Assembly: GCA_021817845.1 (NCBI GenBank)
Contig: JAKAFW010000003.1
Coordinates: forward strand, 54,586 to 118,585
Direction of reading: 5' to 3'
DNA from: Bacteroidota bacterium
GTDB lineage: Bacteria; Bacteroidota; Ignavibacteria; Ignavibacteriales; Ignavibacteriaceae
DNA length: 64,000 bases
A program made the translations under genes and the position numbers. The first letter of the stretch is position 1, and every line of letters starts with the position of its first letter. Below, one piece after another: positions 19,376 through 28,712 of this stretch. The notes below the pieces were generated by a model. The model saw only the letters and a program-made list of their open reading frames with translations. It searched no databases and was not told the origin of the DNA.

Positions 19376-22300
19376 TTATTTCGATTTCTTCCTACTTGTT
19401 TTATTAGACTTATTTGAAATTTTCTTAATATTCTTTCTCTTTACCGGCGCATTATCTTCAACCCCTTTTGTGGACAACAACTCCGTTAAAGTAATTAATC
19501 TATAACCTGATTCATCCGATTTTTCTTTTATTAGATTCAGTGTTTCTAGCTTTATTCCTAATTCACTTCTAAAAGCATTGTCATTACCTTTTTCCTTATT
19601 CCGTGATGACTTATGCTTTAATTTTGAATGTCCGGTAGCTTCTTTTTGTCCCATCAAATCTTTAGAAATAAAAGAAATAATGAAAATCCAGTTAACAATA
19701 TTCTCAAACCGCTCTTTATTAAAGTAAATAATTTTTTCAAATTCATTTAATAAAAGATAATCCAAAACTTCCCGGTTATTTATCAGCTCCGAAACGAAAA
19801 TATATTCTTTCCCCTTAACAAAAAGTTCTTTACTCTGAGTAAGATTATTTTTCGATAGCAATGCTTTTATTAATGAAGTTTCTTCAAACATATTTTCCAC
19901 ACTTCGTCCGGCATCTTTGAATATATCAATCAATGTTGTTTGCAGTAACAATTCTTCAAACAATATTTCAGGTCTGTTATTCATTTGGTAAAAGCTTAGA
20001 CTGTGTTTCAAAATTATATAAGTGAAAAGAATTTCCTTCTCATTTGGAATCTTTGGATCTTCAAGAATTAAGTTTGCAAAAGGTGACTCTAATTGTTTGT
20101 CTTGTTTCTCTAACTCGATCATATGCTTACATACGGATTTGATCCCCGTCAAATCCCTTTCAATCCCTCTTATTACTGCATCATTATCAATGCTAATGTT
20201 TTTCAGCATTTTAATTTCATTTAGTACTTTATAAATCTTTTCTCTTATAACCTTCGAAACCTTTGTCCCGGAATCATCGGCTTTAACATTCTCAAAACAA
20301 GCTTGGGTAAGATTATCGAATGTCTCTTTACAAAGCAGATAATTCAGAGAATCATGCAGGGGTGCAAGTTTCATTTCTTCTAACTTCTTTGAGACCGAAT
20401 AAACGCCCTCTCCTTTGATCATTTGAAATAGTTTCGCATAATCCCCGGTAGCATCGTATATCTCATTAAAATTAATAAGGACTCTGTATTCATAGCCCGA
20501 TAGCGAGAAGTAAATTCCGTGCTCATTAATTTCATAACCCGATAATAAATATTCCAATCCCGTTTTATGGTCTTTACATGAATAAAAAAATGAATGCCCC
20601 GTATTAAGTTGTAAAGCTTCGGAGAGCTTCACTATTCTCTTGTTATCCGTATGCGTATTATTGTTTTTAATTACAGAATGATTTATCGTGCCGCTGCATT
20701 GCGCATAAGCATTGTTATATACGACAAGTGCTCTTTCACTCCCATCGCGGTTTGTATATGCAAAAACATTTTCATTAATACCGCCGGTATCTACATTAAA
20801 ATCATAAAACTCAAAGTTAGCAACCTGACTGAATAACGATCTTCTTTTCATTAACGGAAATATCTCTGCTTCATGTCGTCTAATTAAATTCTCATCTGAA
20901 TACTCATCGTAATATGCACGCTTATATTCCATTCCGTATTTTTCTGAAAATCCTTCTATTTGGCCGTGCGCAAACATTGGAAGCCCGGGAAGGGTTATCA
21001 TTAATATTACAACGCCGAAATATTTATCTCCTTTTCCAAATTGATTAACTGCTGTTTCTTCATCAGGGTTGCTCATAAAGTTAACGTAACGTTTTAGAAT
21101 TTCAGGATTAAAATCTAAAGTGTTTTTTATCAGCTCACGGTATTTATTGTTTTCTTCCTTCATCAGCATGTGCATGAATGCGCTGTTATATACGCGGTGC
21201 ATTCCGAGTGTACGGACAAAATAACCTTCCATTAGCCAAAAAGCTTCCGCAAGCAACAGCGTGTTTGGCATCTCAGAATTGATACGGTCAACTACTTCAC
21301 GCCAGAATTCCTCCGGCATTGCTTCATCAAAAGCGTGCCGTGTCATTCCATAATCAGAACGCGACGGAATTGCACCGCCGGTTCCTGGCTCCGGAAACCA
21401 TAATCGTTGATAATGCTTTTTTGATAAAGTCATCGCTGCATCAAACCTTATGATCGGGAATTTCCTTGCAACATGAAGAATAGTTTGAATCAATGACTCT
21501 CTAACTTCAGGATTAAGCAGGTTAAGTTGTGCAGTATCGTTCCAGGGCATGTGTGTCCCGTCGTTACCGTGATAAATGTATCTTACGGATCCTGTCATTG
21601 TATCACGTCTTTGGAATACTACTGCGGCATCTTCTCGTGTATAATATCTGTCTTCAATTCTTATCTCAACTCGACTGTCATCTGAAAGATTGGGACTGTA
21701 AAAAGTATAATTGGGAAATGGCGGCATATCAGTTTGAATAAAATACCCGGGCTTCTCAATCACCCACTTTGAATAGGCGCCCGTATGGTTCGGTACCATG
21801 TCGCTGGCTAATCTAATTCCTCGTTGTCCGGCGCGATGTTTAAGATTTTCAAATGCTTCTTCTCCTCCAAGTTCGCTTGCAATTATATAATCAAATAATG
21901 AATATGCTGAGGGAGCAGCGTCTGGATTACCCGTTAGTTGTTTTATTTTGCGCGATGCGCTGCTGCGTTCCCAAATTCCTATTAACCAAAGTGCAGTAAA
22001 ATTCCAATTTGCTAATTTATCTAATTCTTCATCCGGTATTTGATCCAACCTGTTAATCAGACGTCTATATTTTTTAGAAAGTTGATCTAACCATACATAA
22101 CTGTTCTTGGCAATCATTACAACCTTCGGCATCCAATCAATGTCTTGAGTAAATTTTTCAATTTCCGAATTATAATATTGCCTTTCTATTTCTGATAAAG
22201 TTTCACCCGAAGCAAGTCTTGATTTAAGCTTATTAAAATAGTCACTATCATAGACAGGGACAGGAGGGGTCGGCTTATCGAATCCGCCGTGTTGTAGAAA

Positions 22301-23101
22301 TAAACGGAAGTCTTCAATTATTAAATCTTTACCGCTTAACAAGCGATCTAAAAATTTCTCTTTAATATAAATGCCCCATCGTTCCCGTATGAATTCCAAT
22401 TGTCCTTCAATGCTATGCGGGCTTTCAAGTATCGGTTTTTTAAGAAATGAAATAAGTGAAAGGTTTTCCTTCCCAAATGGTTTTTCATTTGAAAAAAAAA
22501 GCTCCGTAAATTGAACGAATGTTAGGTACTTTGTTTTTTCAATTAAGGTTTTATTAGAATAAAGTTCTTCAAGTGCCGCCGTTGCTGGATTGCTATTTTC
22601 CAAATAAAGCAGAAGTAGTTCTTCGAATATAATTTCTTTGTTGGATTTATTCCCGGTGTAACTTTCAAGATATTTCTCCGCAGAAATTTCTCGATTGTAC
22701 ACCTGAAGCGGTGAAAATTCTTTCGTAAATTGAAGAAGTATCTCATTTAAGCCTTGACTGCCTAATTTTTGAGAGAGATAATTGATGCCGCGTGAGAATA
22801 CACCGGGGTTTTCATTCTCCTCATATATTCGAATTAAATAATGAAATATTTCGTGAATCAAACCAAGAGCATTTAGCTGCCCAGCTGATGTTAGATGATT
22901 ATGTAGGTCTTCTCTTTTCCTTGTCTCGTTTATTTTAGACGCAATAATTCTTGCCTGGTGAAAATTAGCAATAATCAAGTCGCCTGTAATTGAGAAGAGA
23001 GATCCTTCAATTTGATATTTGCTTCTGGATTTATTAGAAACATGAAAATCATACTTGATATTTTCACAAAACAAAGCATTCAAGGAATTCTTATTATTCA
23101 T
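19376..23101 (-). CDS. Large GH13-like alpha-amylase family protein with long N- and C-terminal extensions
   Basis: 1241 aa. GH13 regions DMVPNHTG (I), IIRFDAAMTL (II), LLAEAFW (III), FMSNPDEE (IV). Lys-rich C-terminal tail. Confidence 0.7.
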   Translation of the reverse strand: MNNKNSLNALFCENIKYDFHVSNKSRSKYQIEGSLFSITGDLIIANFHQARIIASKINETRKREDLHNHLTSAGQLNALGLIHEIFHYLIRIYEENENPGVFSRGINYLSQKLGSQGLNEILLQFTKEFSPLQVYNREISAEKYLESYTGNKSNKEIIFEELLLLYLENSNPATAALEELYSNKTLIEKTKYLTFVQFTELFFSNEKPFGKENLSLISFLKKPILESPHSIEGQLEFIRERWGIYIKEKFLDRLLSGKDLIIEDFRLFLQHGGFDKPTPPVPVYDSDYFNKLKSRLASGETLSEIERQYYNSEIEKFTQDIDWMPKVVMIAKNSYVWLDQLSKKYRRLINRLDQIPDEELDKLANWNFTALWLIGIWERSSASRKIKQLTGNPDAAPSAYSLFDYIIASELGGEEAFENLKHRAGQRGIRLASDMVPNHTGAYSKWVIEKPGYFIQTDMPPFPNYTFYSPNLSDDSRVEIRIEDRYYTREDAAVVFQRRDTMTGSVRYIYHGNDGTHMPWNDTAQLNLLNPEVRESLIQTILHVARKFPIIRFDAAMTLSKKHYQRLWFPEPGTGGAIPSRSDYGMTRHAFDEAMPEEFWREVVDRINSEMPNTLLLAEAFWLMEGYFVRTLGMHRVYNSAFMHMLMKEENNKYRELIKNTLDFNPEILKRYVNFMSNPDEETAVNQFGKGDKYFGVVILMITLPGLPMFAHGQIEGFSEKYGMEYKRAYYDEYSDENLIRRHEAEIFPLMKRRSLFSQVANFEFYDFNVDTGGINENVFAYTNRDGSERALVVYNNAYAQCSGTINHSVIKNNNTHTDNKRIVKLSEALQLNTGHSFFYSCKDHKTGLEYLLSGYEINEHGIYFSLSGYEYRVLINFNEIYDATGDYAKLFQMIKGEGVYSVSKKLEEMKLAPLHDSLNYLLCKETFDNLTQACFENVKADDSGTKVSKVIREKIYKVLNEIKMLKNISIDNDAVIRGIERDLTGIKSVCKHMIELEKQDKQLESPFANLILEDPKIPNEKEILFTYIILKHSLSFYQMNNRPEILFEELLLQTTLIDIFKDAGRSVENMFEETSLIKALLSKNNLTQSKELFVKGKEYIFVSELINNREVLDYLLLNEFEKIIYFNKERFENIVNWIFIISFISKDLMGQKEATGHSKLKHKSSRNKEKGNDNAFRSELGIKLETLNLIKEKSDESGYRLITLTELLSTKGVEDNAPVKRKNIKKISNKSNKTSRKKSK

Positions 23102-23140
23102 GTATTGTAGACAGATTTTCTTAATTCATTCAAAATTCAT

Positions 23141-23166
23141 CCCCAAAAACATCCGCCGAAGGCGGA
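23141..23166 (-). terminator. Rho-independent terminator downstream of the ligase operon
   Basis: Minus strand TCCGCC-TTCG-GGCGGA followed by TGTTTTTGGGG. Confidence 0.6.
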
Positions 23167-23213
23167 CTCCTAATTCATAATTCAAAATTCATCCGCCGCG
23201 GCGGATTCAAAAT

Positions 23214-24398
23214 TCAATATACTATCGGGTGATAAGCTAAACTAGAGCCAACCCAGGTTTTGTCCTTGTTATGATCAACGCCCATCATTTTCCCTTTACC
23301 TAGTCTGACAAGATTATTAACGAGAATCGGGATATCCTGCCAAACAAACATCATCCTAATTTCTGCCTTAGAAAATCCGTCCGGAGTTTTTATTATCGGT
23401 GCATATTCAACTTTCGCTTGAAGAATATAATTTGATCGATCTTCAATTTGATCAAGCAAATCAGCAGTTAAATCTAGCTCAACACCGTGTCCCGCAAAGG
23501 AATAAAGGGGCTTTAGAATAAAATTTTCAAGGTCAGCTGGGTATTCGTCCAATTCATTCAAAAAATAAGTTTCAGGGACATATTCACCTGTAAGGAAGGG
23601 TAGAGAATATTTACTGATTCTATAAAACCAATTAGGATGGCTGACCCATTCAACATCTAAATCGGATTGATACTTAAAACTGAAATTAGTCGTACTTCTT
23701 TTTAGTTCGTCCAAAATAATCCTGTTGTAAATCCTTTTGATAGGAATTTCACGATTGCCGGATTTATAGAAAAGTTTATTCTTTTTCTGTATGACCTTAG
23801 AAATGCAAACTGTATTAATCCCTAATAATTTTTCTGTTGCAGCAAAGTCAATCCTTGTCTTTTGTTTTTCAGGCTCAATATCAATTAGTACAACATTCTC
23901 AGGGTCGCAATCGTGAACTATTGTGTCTTTTAGAATTGTTACGTAAGATTCTCTGTCTATTCCATTAAAGTAAGTTGAATAATTCTTGGGAATCTTTGAA
24001 TGTTTCCTGGTTAATTTATCCAGGTAATATTGAAATCCGTAAAGTGTAGGGAAACCTTGGAGTTCAATTAACATTGGGATAAATCTACCATCATCATCTT
24101 TCGCAATTGCGAAATCAACTTGCAGAAAAGTAGGATGATCGCCTTCATTTGGTATCTTTAAATTAGCCGGTATTGCCCCTTGAGAAATTTCAAGAAAATC
24201 TGGAGTCATTACCTGATTGACAATTTCATGAGAGTAATTAATTAAATCAATGGTCAATGATTCGGTAAGGAATACAGGAGTTTCTGCGATTCGGAAGTCT
24301 GCAGGATATTTTAATACTGAATTAATATCTTCTAAAAAAGAATTGTAATTCCCCTCTGTAAACTCCGCGTTATATCTTTCTCTTAGTTTTGTGTTCAT
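23214..24398 (-). CDS. Hypothetical protein, tentatively a GspS-like / circularly permuted ATP-grasp amidoligase
   Basis: 394 aa. FILKPLYSFAGHGVEL resembles the ATP-grasp phosphate-binding strand-loop. DFAIAKDDDGRFIPMLIELQGFP resembles the pre-ATP-grasp RxDF...lElN segment. Motif-level evidence only. Confidence 0.4.
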   Translation of the reverse strand: MNTKLRERYNAEFTEGNYNSFLEDINSVLKYPADFRIAETPVFLTESLTIDLINYSHEIVNQVMTPDFLEISQGAIPANLKIPNEGDHPTFLQVDFAIAKDDDGRFIPMLIELQGFPTLYGFQYYLDKLTRKHSKIPKNYSTYFNGIDRESYVTILKDTIVHDCDPENVVLIDIEPEKQKTRIDFAATEKLLGINTVCISKVIQKKNKLFYKSGNREIPIKRIYNRIILDELKRSTTNFSFKYQSDLDVEWVSHPNWFYRISKYSLPFLTGEYVPETYFLNELDEYPADLENFILKPLYSFAGHGVELDLTADLLDQIEDRSNYILQAKVEYAPIIKTPDGFSKAEIRMMFVWQDIPILVNNLVRLGKGKMMGVDHNKDKTWVGSSLAYHPIVY

Positions 24399-24425
24399 TT
24401 TATCTCTTCTTTTCTAATCAATTAT

Positions 24426-25262
24426 TTATGCATACTTTGCGCTTAGTTCTTCTATAGCTAAATCTAAAAATGCCGGCAATACTGTTTTCCGGGTAAGTTT
24501 TAACTTATCGGGATCTTCGAGATATGACAGCATTTCCAAATATTTCCCTTCATCTGATTTCCCGATTATATCATTTTTGCGTTCATCCTGTTTGAGATGG
24601 TATAACATACTCATCGGATCAGCTTCAGGATGAAATTGTGTGCCGACAATTTCATTAGAAATCCTTACTGCCATAATTGCGCTTTCATATTTCTTTTCTT
24701 TATCCTCAAGTTCAAGCGCCAATATTTTCCCTCCAAGTTCATCCAAAACTCTTTGATTTTTTTGAACAACCTGGAACTGTCTAAAATCAGCAGCGTAAAA
24801 AGGATCTAACAATTGCTTCATTATCGGGTCATTTATCCCTGCGTCTGTTCTGCGAAAGGGAAGTACACCGAAAGATTTTTCATGCCGTCTATTTACTTCT
24901 GCAAATTTAAAATATCTTGCCATCATTTGAAATGAATGACAAATAAAGAAAATATATTTCTTTTTCTCCGGACGTCTCTGATTATAATTCCATATTTTAT
25001 TAACTAAGGAAAAGTAATCATGTTCCCACTTTTGTTCAACACCTTCAAAAGGACTGCCGGGACCGCCTGAGGAAATAAAAATATCATATCCTAAATCCGG
25101 GACTTCATCTTTATACCTCGTCTCAAATCTGTCATAGTTAACCGGGACAAGATTTTTATTGCGATTAGACTCGGAAACTATCTCTTTTAAGCATCTTATA
25201 CCTTCATTTACTTCGTTGTTATAAAGGTCAATAATTGCAACTTTAATTTCCTTTTTTACCAT
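24426..25262 (-). CDS. Class I glutamine amidotransferase-like protein
   Basis: Nucleophile elbow FFICHSFQ and GTQFHPE His/Glu motif. 278 aa. Confidence 0.8.
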   Translation of the reverse strand: MVKKEIKVAIIDLYNNEVNEGIRCLKEIVSESNRNKNLVPVNYDRFETRYKDEVPDLGYDIFISSGGPGSPFEGVEQKWEHDYFSLVNKIWNYNQRRPEKKKYIFFICHSFQMMARYFKFAEVNRRHEKSFGVLPFRRTDAGINDPIMKQLLDPFYAADFRQFQVVQKNQRVLDELGGKILALELEDKEKKYESAIMAVRISNEIVGTQFHPEADPMSMLYHLKQDERKNDIIGKSDEGKYLEMLSYLEDPDKLKLTRKTVLPAFLDLAIEELSAKYA

Positions 25263-25273
25263 AAAAGCTCATT

Positions 25274-26386
25274 TCAAATATTTAATCCATGTTGTGTCTC
25301 TTCAATAATATAATCTACAACCTTTTTCAAATCGTCCGTTTGCTCCCATACCTTCAATTGACGATCGGCGCCTGTGCCCATTTCCATTATTCTGTTAATA
25401 TAATTTATTTCCGTGCGTGAGCCTAATTCATCAACAACATCATCAACAAATTCAATTAACTCTTGTGCCAAAATAGGGTAATCAACTTCTTCCTGTTTCC
25501 CGAAATCTATTAGTTTACCGCTTATCCCATAACGGGCTGCGCGCCACTTATTTTCGGAGATTAGAAGTCTCCGGTAAAGTCTGAAGCCAAGATTTTGTTT
25601 TAGAAGTTTATATAGCTTAGCAACGACAGCCTGGCATAAAGCTGCGAGCGCTATTGTTTCATCAACCCGCATCGGGATATCGCATATCCTAAATTCAAGT
25701 GTTTCGAAAAAAGGATGTACTCTTATGTCCCACCATACTTTTTTTGCGTTGTCTATGCAATTTGTTTTAACAAGTAGATTAATGTAGTTATCATATTCCG
25801 ATACACTACCAAAGTGATCCGGAATTCCTGTGCGCGGAAAACGGTCAAATACTTTGCTGCGATAAGATTTAAACCCCGTATTTCTTCCAAGCCAAAAAGG
25901 AGAATTTGTCGATAATGCAAAGATATGTGGAAGGAAATACCGGGCTGCATTCATTATGTGGATTGCAGTTTCTCTGTCGTCAACTCCTACGTGAACATGC
26001 AGTCCAAAAATTAAATTTGCTCTTGCTACTTGCTGCATATCCGTCACAATTTCTTTGTAGCGGGAAAGCTCTGTAATCTTTTGATCATTCCAATGCGAAA
26101 ACGGATGCGTTCCCGAAGCTGCAATTTTTAAATTATTCTTTATTGCAAGCCTGGTTAGGTTTGTTCTTAATTCCGTTACTTCATCTCTGGCTTCTTGTAT
26201 ATTCCCACAAACTCCGGTACCCATTTCAACAACAGATTGGTGCATCTCCGGTCTAACATTTTCTGCTAATATCGATTTACCGTCCTCTAATATTTGCTGT
26301 ATATGGGATTTTAACTCACGGGTTTCCGGATCAATTATCTGGAATTCTTCTTCAATGCCAAGTGTGAATAAATTTTTCTTTTCCAT
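25274..26386 (-). CDS. Carboxylate-amine ligase, GCS2 / YbdK family
   Basis: FTLGIEEEFQIIDPET N-terminus, GLHVHVGV. 370 aa. Confidence 0.85.
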   Translation of the reverse strand: MEKKNLFTLGIEEEFQIIDPETRELKSHIQQILEDGKSILAENVRPEMHQSVVEMGTGVCGNIQEARDEVTELRTNLTRLAIKNNLKIAASGTHPFSHWNDQKITELSRYKEIVTDMQQVARANLIFGLHVHVGVDDRETAIHIMNAARYFLPHIFALSTNSPFWLGRNTGFKSYRSKVFDRFPRTGIPDHFGSVSEYDNYINLLVKTNCIDNAKKVWWDIRVHPFFETLEFRICDIPMRVDETIALAALCQAVVAKLYKLLKQNLGFRLYRRLLISENKWRAARYGISGKLIDFGKQEEVDYPILAQELIEFVDDVVDELGSRTEINYINRIMEMGTGADRQLKVWEQTDDLKKVVDYIIEETQHGLNI

Positions 26387-27339
26387 TATAAGGCTTCATT
26401 CTTTACAAATGAATTTATAAATGTTCCCCATGTAAGATTATTCTTCCCCGGTAGATGATTTTCAGCTTTTCTTATTGCCATTCCCGAAGCTGCTTCAACA
26501 ATCCATTCAAAATTTTCTTCACCAACCGAATTTATATCGGCATCGGGTGCCGGGTTGCAAAAATCAATTGCGTATGGAACTCCGTCACGAACTGCAAATT
26601 CTACAGTGTTAAAATCATATCCGAGTCCTCTATTTAGTTCTAAAACTCCATGTTTTATTTTCTGAAATAATTTCTTCTCAACTTCCGGTGGATTCTTAAC
26701 ATATCGTAAATGATGTGGTTGCCTGGGATCGTACTGCATAATATGAACGTCCTTTCTATCGATGCAATAGCAGCGAAAGTAATCCGTAAAAATAATTTCT
26801 TCCTGAAGCATCATAACTAATTGCCCAGTTTCATTGTATGCTTTAAAAAATTCATCAGCGTTATTCAACTTGTATACGTTCTTCCAACCGCCTCCGGAAA
26901 AAGGTTTGAAGTATGCAGGGAATCCGATGTAAGAAAATATTCCCTCCCAGTCTAATGGGTATGCAAGATTTCTGAAAGAATTTGAATTTGTATCCGTTGG
27001 ATGCTGATTTGATGGCAGTAAAACTGTTTTAGGTACGTCAACATTAAGCTTAGTCGCCAATGCGTTATTAAAAAACTTTTCATCAGCGCTCCACCAAAAT
27101 GGATTATTAATAACAGCAGTTCCGTTTAATGCAGCATTCTTTAAATAGCTGCGATAAAATGAAACGTCCTGGGAAATCCTGTCAATAATAATATCGTATT
27201 CGCAAGGCTCCCCTTGAATGACTTTGTCAATTTTAACAAACTCTGCTGAAATATCCCTCTTCTTTTTTGAATTGATGCGGTCTACAAAAGCATGTGGAAA
27301 TGTATTTTCTTGCCCGAACAGAATTCCAATCTTTTTCAT
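26386..27339 (-). CDS. ATP-grasp domain protein (RimK / glutathione-synthetase-like)
   Basis: 317 aa. FPAYFKPFSGGGWKNVYK (K-P...G-G loop) and C-terminal NTVEFAV...AIDFCNPAPD pattern. Stop overlaps the GCS2 start (TAATG). Confidence 0.65.
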   Translation of the reverse strand: MKKIGILFGQENTFPHAFVDRINSKKKRDISAEFVKIDKVIQGEPCEYDIIIDRISQDVSFYRSYLKNAALNGTAVINNPFWWSADEKFFNNALATKLNVDVPKTVLLPSNQHPTDTNSNSFRNLAYPLDWEGIFSYIGFPAYFKPFSGGGWKNVYKLNNADEFFKAYNETGQLVMMLQEEIIFTDYFRCYCIDRKDVHIMQYDPRQPHHLRYVKNPPEVEKKLFQKIKHGVLELNRGLGYDFNTVEFAVRDGVPYAIDFCNPAPDADINSVGEENFEWIVEAASGMAIRKAENHLPGKNNLTWGTFINSFVKNEAL

Positions 27340-27490
27340 GCAATGCTCTAAATATTATTAATTCATGTTTTATATGTTGTGTTATGCTTGAACCCAAATT
27401 AAACTAATTACCTGAGCATTAGCCATGAATAAACTTGAGAAATCTTTAAGGTTTCAATGAAAGCTTAAAACGTATATTTTATTATGTTCC

Positions 27491-27521
27491 AAAAAAGCAG
27501 CCCACGACTTCAAGTCGTGGG
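27491..27521 (-). terminator. Putative terminator after the esterase gene
   Basis: Minus strand CCCACGACT-TGA-AGTCGTGGG then CTGCTTTTTT. Confidence 0.55.
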
Positions 27522-27575
27522 TTACATAACATAAAACTTTCTTTCCTAACCGTTTCAACGGTTTTAAACCCTAAA

Positions 27576-28298
27576 TTATTCATGAATCTTTTCAAGATAA
27601 ACAGGAAACATTTCTCGCCACCATTGCCAATCATGTCCTGCACCCTGACGAATATCAAGCCAATGATTTATTCCTTTTTGATTTAGAATATTTGATAATC
27701 TCTTCGTTTCATCCAAACACATATCCCATTCTCCGGCACCAAGTATAATTCCCATCTCCTTAATTCTATCAAGGAACCATTTATCCTCTAAGTTGGGTAA
27801 ATAATCAGGAGGATTATTGAAATAGCAATTATCGTCATAATAACCAGATATAAATTGTTTGATATCGAAGCAGCCTCCCATACTTAATAAATAACCAATT
27901 TTCGCCGGATATCTGAATGCTAAATTTGCTGCATGATATCCGCCCAAACTGCATCCTGCAAGCGCTACTTTTTCCCTTCCGGTCTCATGTTTTGCAAACT
28001 CAATTACATCATATAAAATCACATGCTCGTAACCGATGTATGATTTTACTCTATCTGCAGGATGAATTGAATAATTGTACCAGCTTTCCGAATCAATGCT
28101 ATCGGGACAATAAATTTTAATTCTTCCTTCATTAAGAAGTTTTTCCGCTGAACTAATTAATCCAAAATCTTTAGTCTCATAAAATCTTCCTTTGGACGTT
28201 GGAAATAAAATTACCGGGTATCCGTCATGCCCGAAGACAAGCATTTCAAATTCACGTTCAAAATACTGGGAGTGCCATTTATGGTATTCTTCTTTCAC
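27576..28298 (-). CDS. Esterase family (alpha/beta hydrolase) protein
   Basis: 240 aa. GCSLGG nucleophile elbow and C-terminal GHDW His motif. Confidence 0.75.
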   Translation of the reverse strand: MKEEYHKWHSQYFEREFEMLVFGHDGYPVILFPTSKGRFYETKDFGLISSAEKLLNEGRIKIYCPDSIDSESWYNYSIHPADRVKSYIGYEHVILYDVIEFAKHETGREKVALAGCSLGGYHAANLAFRYPAKIGYLLSMGGCFDIKQFISGYYDDNCYFNNPPDYLPNLEDKWFLDRIKEMGIILGAGEWDMCLDETKRLSNILNQKGINHWLDIRQGAGHDWQWWREMFPVYLEKIHE

Positions 28299-28438
28299 TT
28301 TTGCAACTCAATTAGTTATTAAATTGAACTAAATATAGCCAGCTTAATGCGGGTTCTTGAATGCAAATATAAAAAATTAAATACTCTTTACAAGTATCAA
28401 CTCGATTCTAAAATTAGCAATACCTTCCCTCCGAGAGT

Positions 28439-28600
28439 GTTGCACAACTCCGAAATGTCATTTCGATCGGAGGGTCTACCCCGTTTGCGGGGAGAAATCC
28501 CATGTATAACTTAAGTATACAAGTTGAACGTGGGATATCTCAGTCGATTACCTGCCTGCCGGTAGACAAGCTCCTTCGCTATGAAATCTGGAAGTTCTGC
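28439..28600. repeat. Hairpin-repeat cluster, TGTCATTTCGA...GAGAAATCCC family (two inverted units)
   Basis: GTTGCACAACTCCGAAATGTCATTTCGA-[GC hairpin CCCCGTTTGCGGGG]-GAGAAATCCC, then the inverted unit GGGATATCTC...TTCGCTATGA. Homologous to 40352-40430 and 46129-46328. Confidence 0.7.
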
Positions 28601-28611
28601 ATCACTCTCTT

Positions 28612-28686
28612 CCTACAGGCAGGTTCTCTGCGAAAGTTGCGCTCTCAGCGTTAAATTTTTCTAAAAGATAGTTTTTAGAAGTGCCC
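28612..28686 (-). repeat. Half copy of the MITE-like element seen at 45941-46048
   Basis: Its reverse complement GGGCACTTCTAAAAACTATCTTTTAGAAAAATTTAACGCTGAGAGCGCAACTTTCGCAGAGAACCTGCCTGTAGG aligns almost base-for-base with 45941-46017. Confidence 0.75.
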
Positions 28687-28712
28687 TAAACTCACTTATA
28701 GTTCATACGCAC

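Noticed and set aside
28439-28686. Possible CRISPR array (also at 46129-46328)
   Set aside because: The repeats occur in mixed orientations with irregular spacing and variable internal hairpins. There are no unique spacers of constant length and no cas genes in the window.
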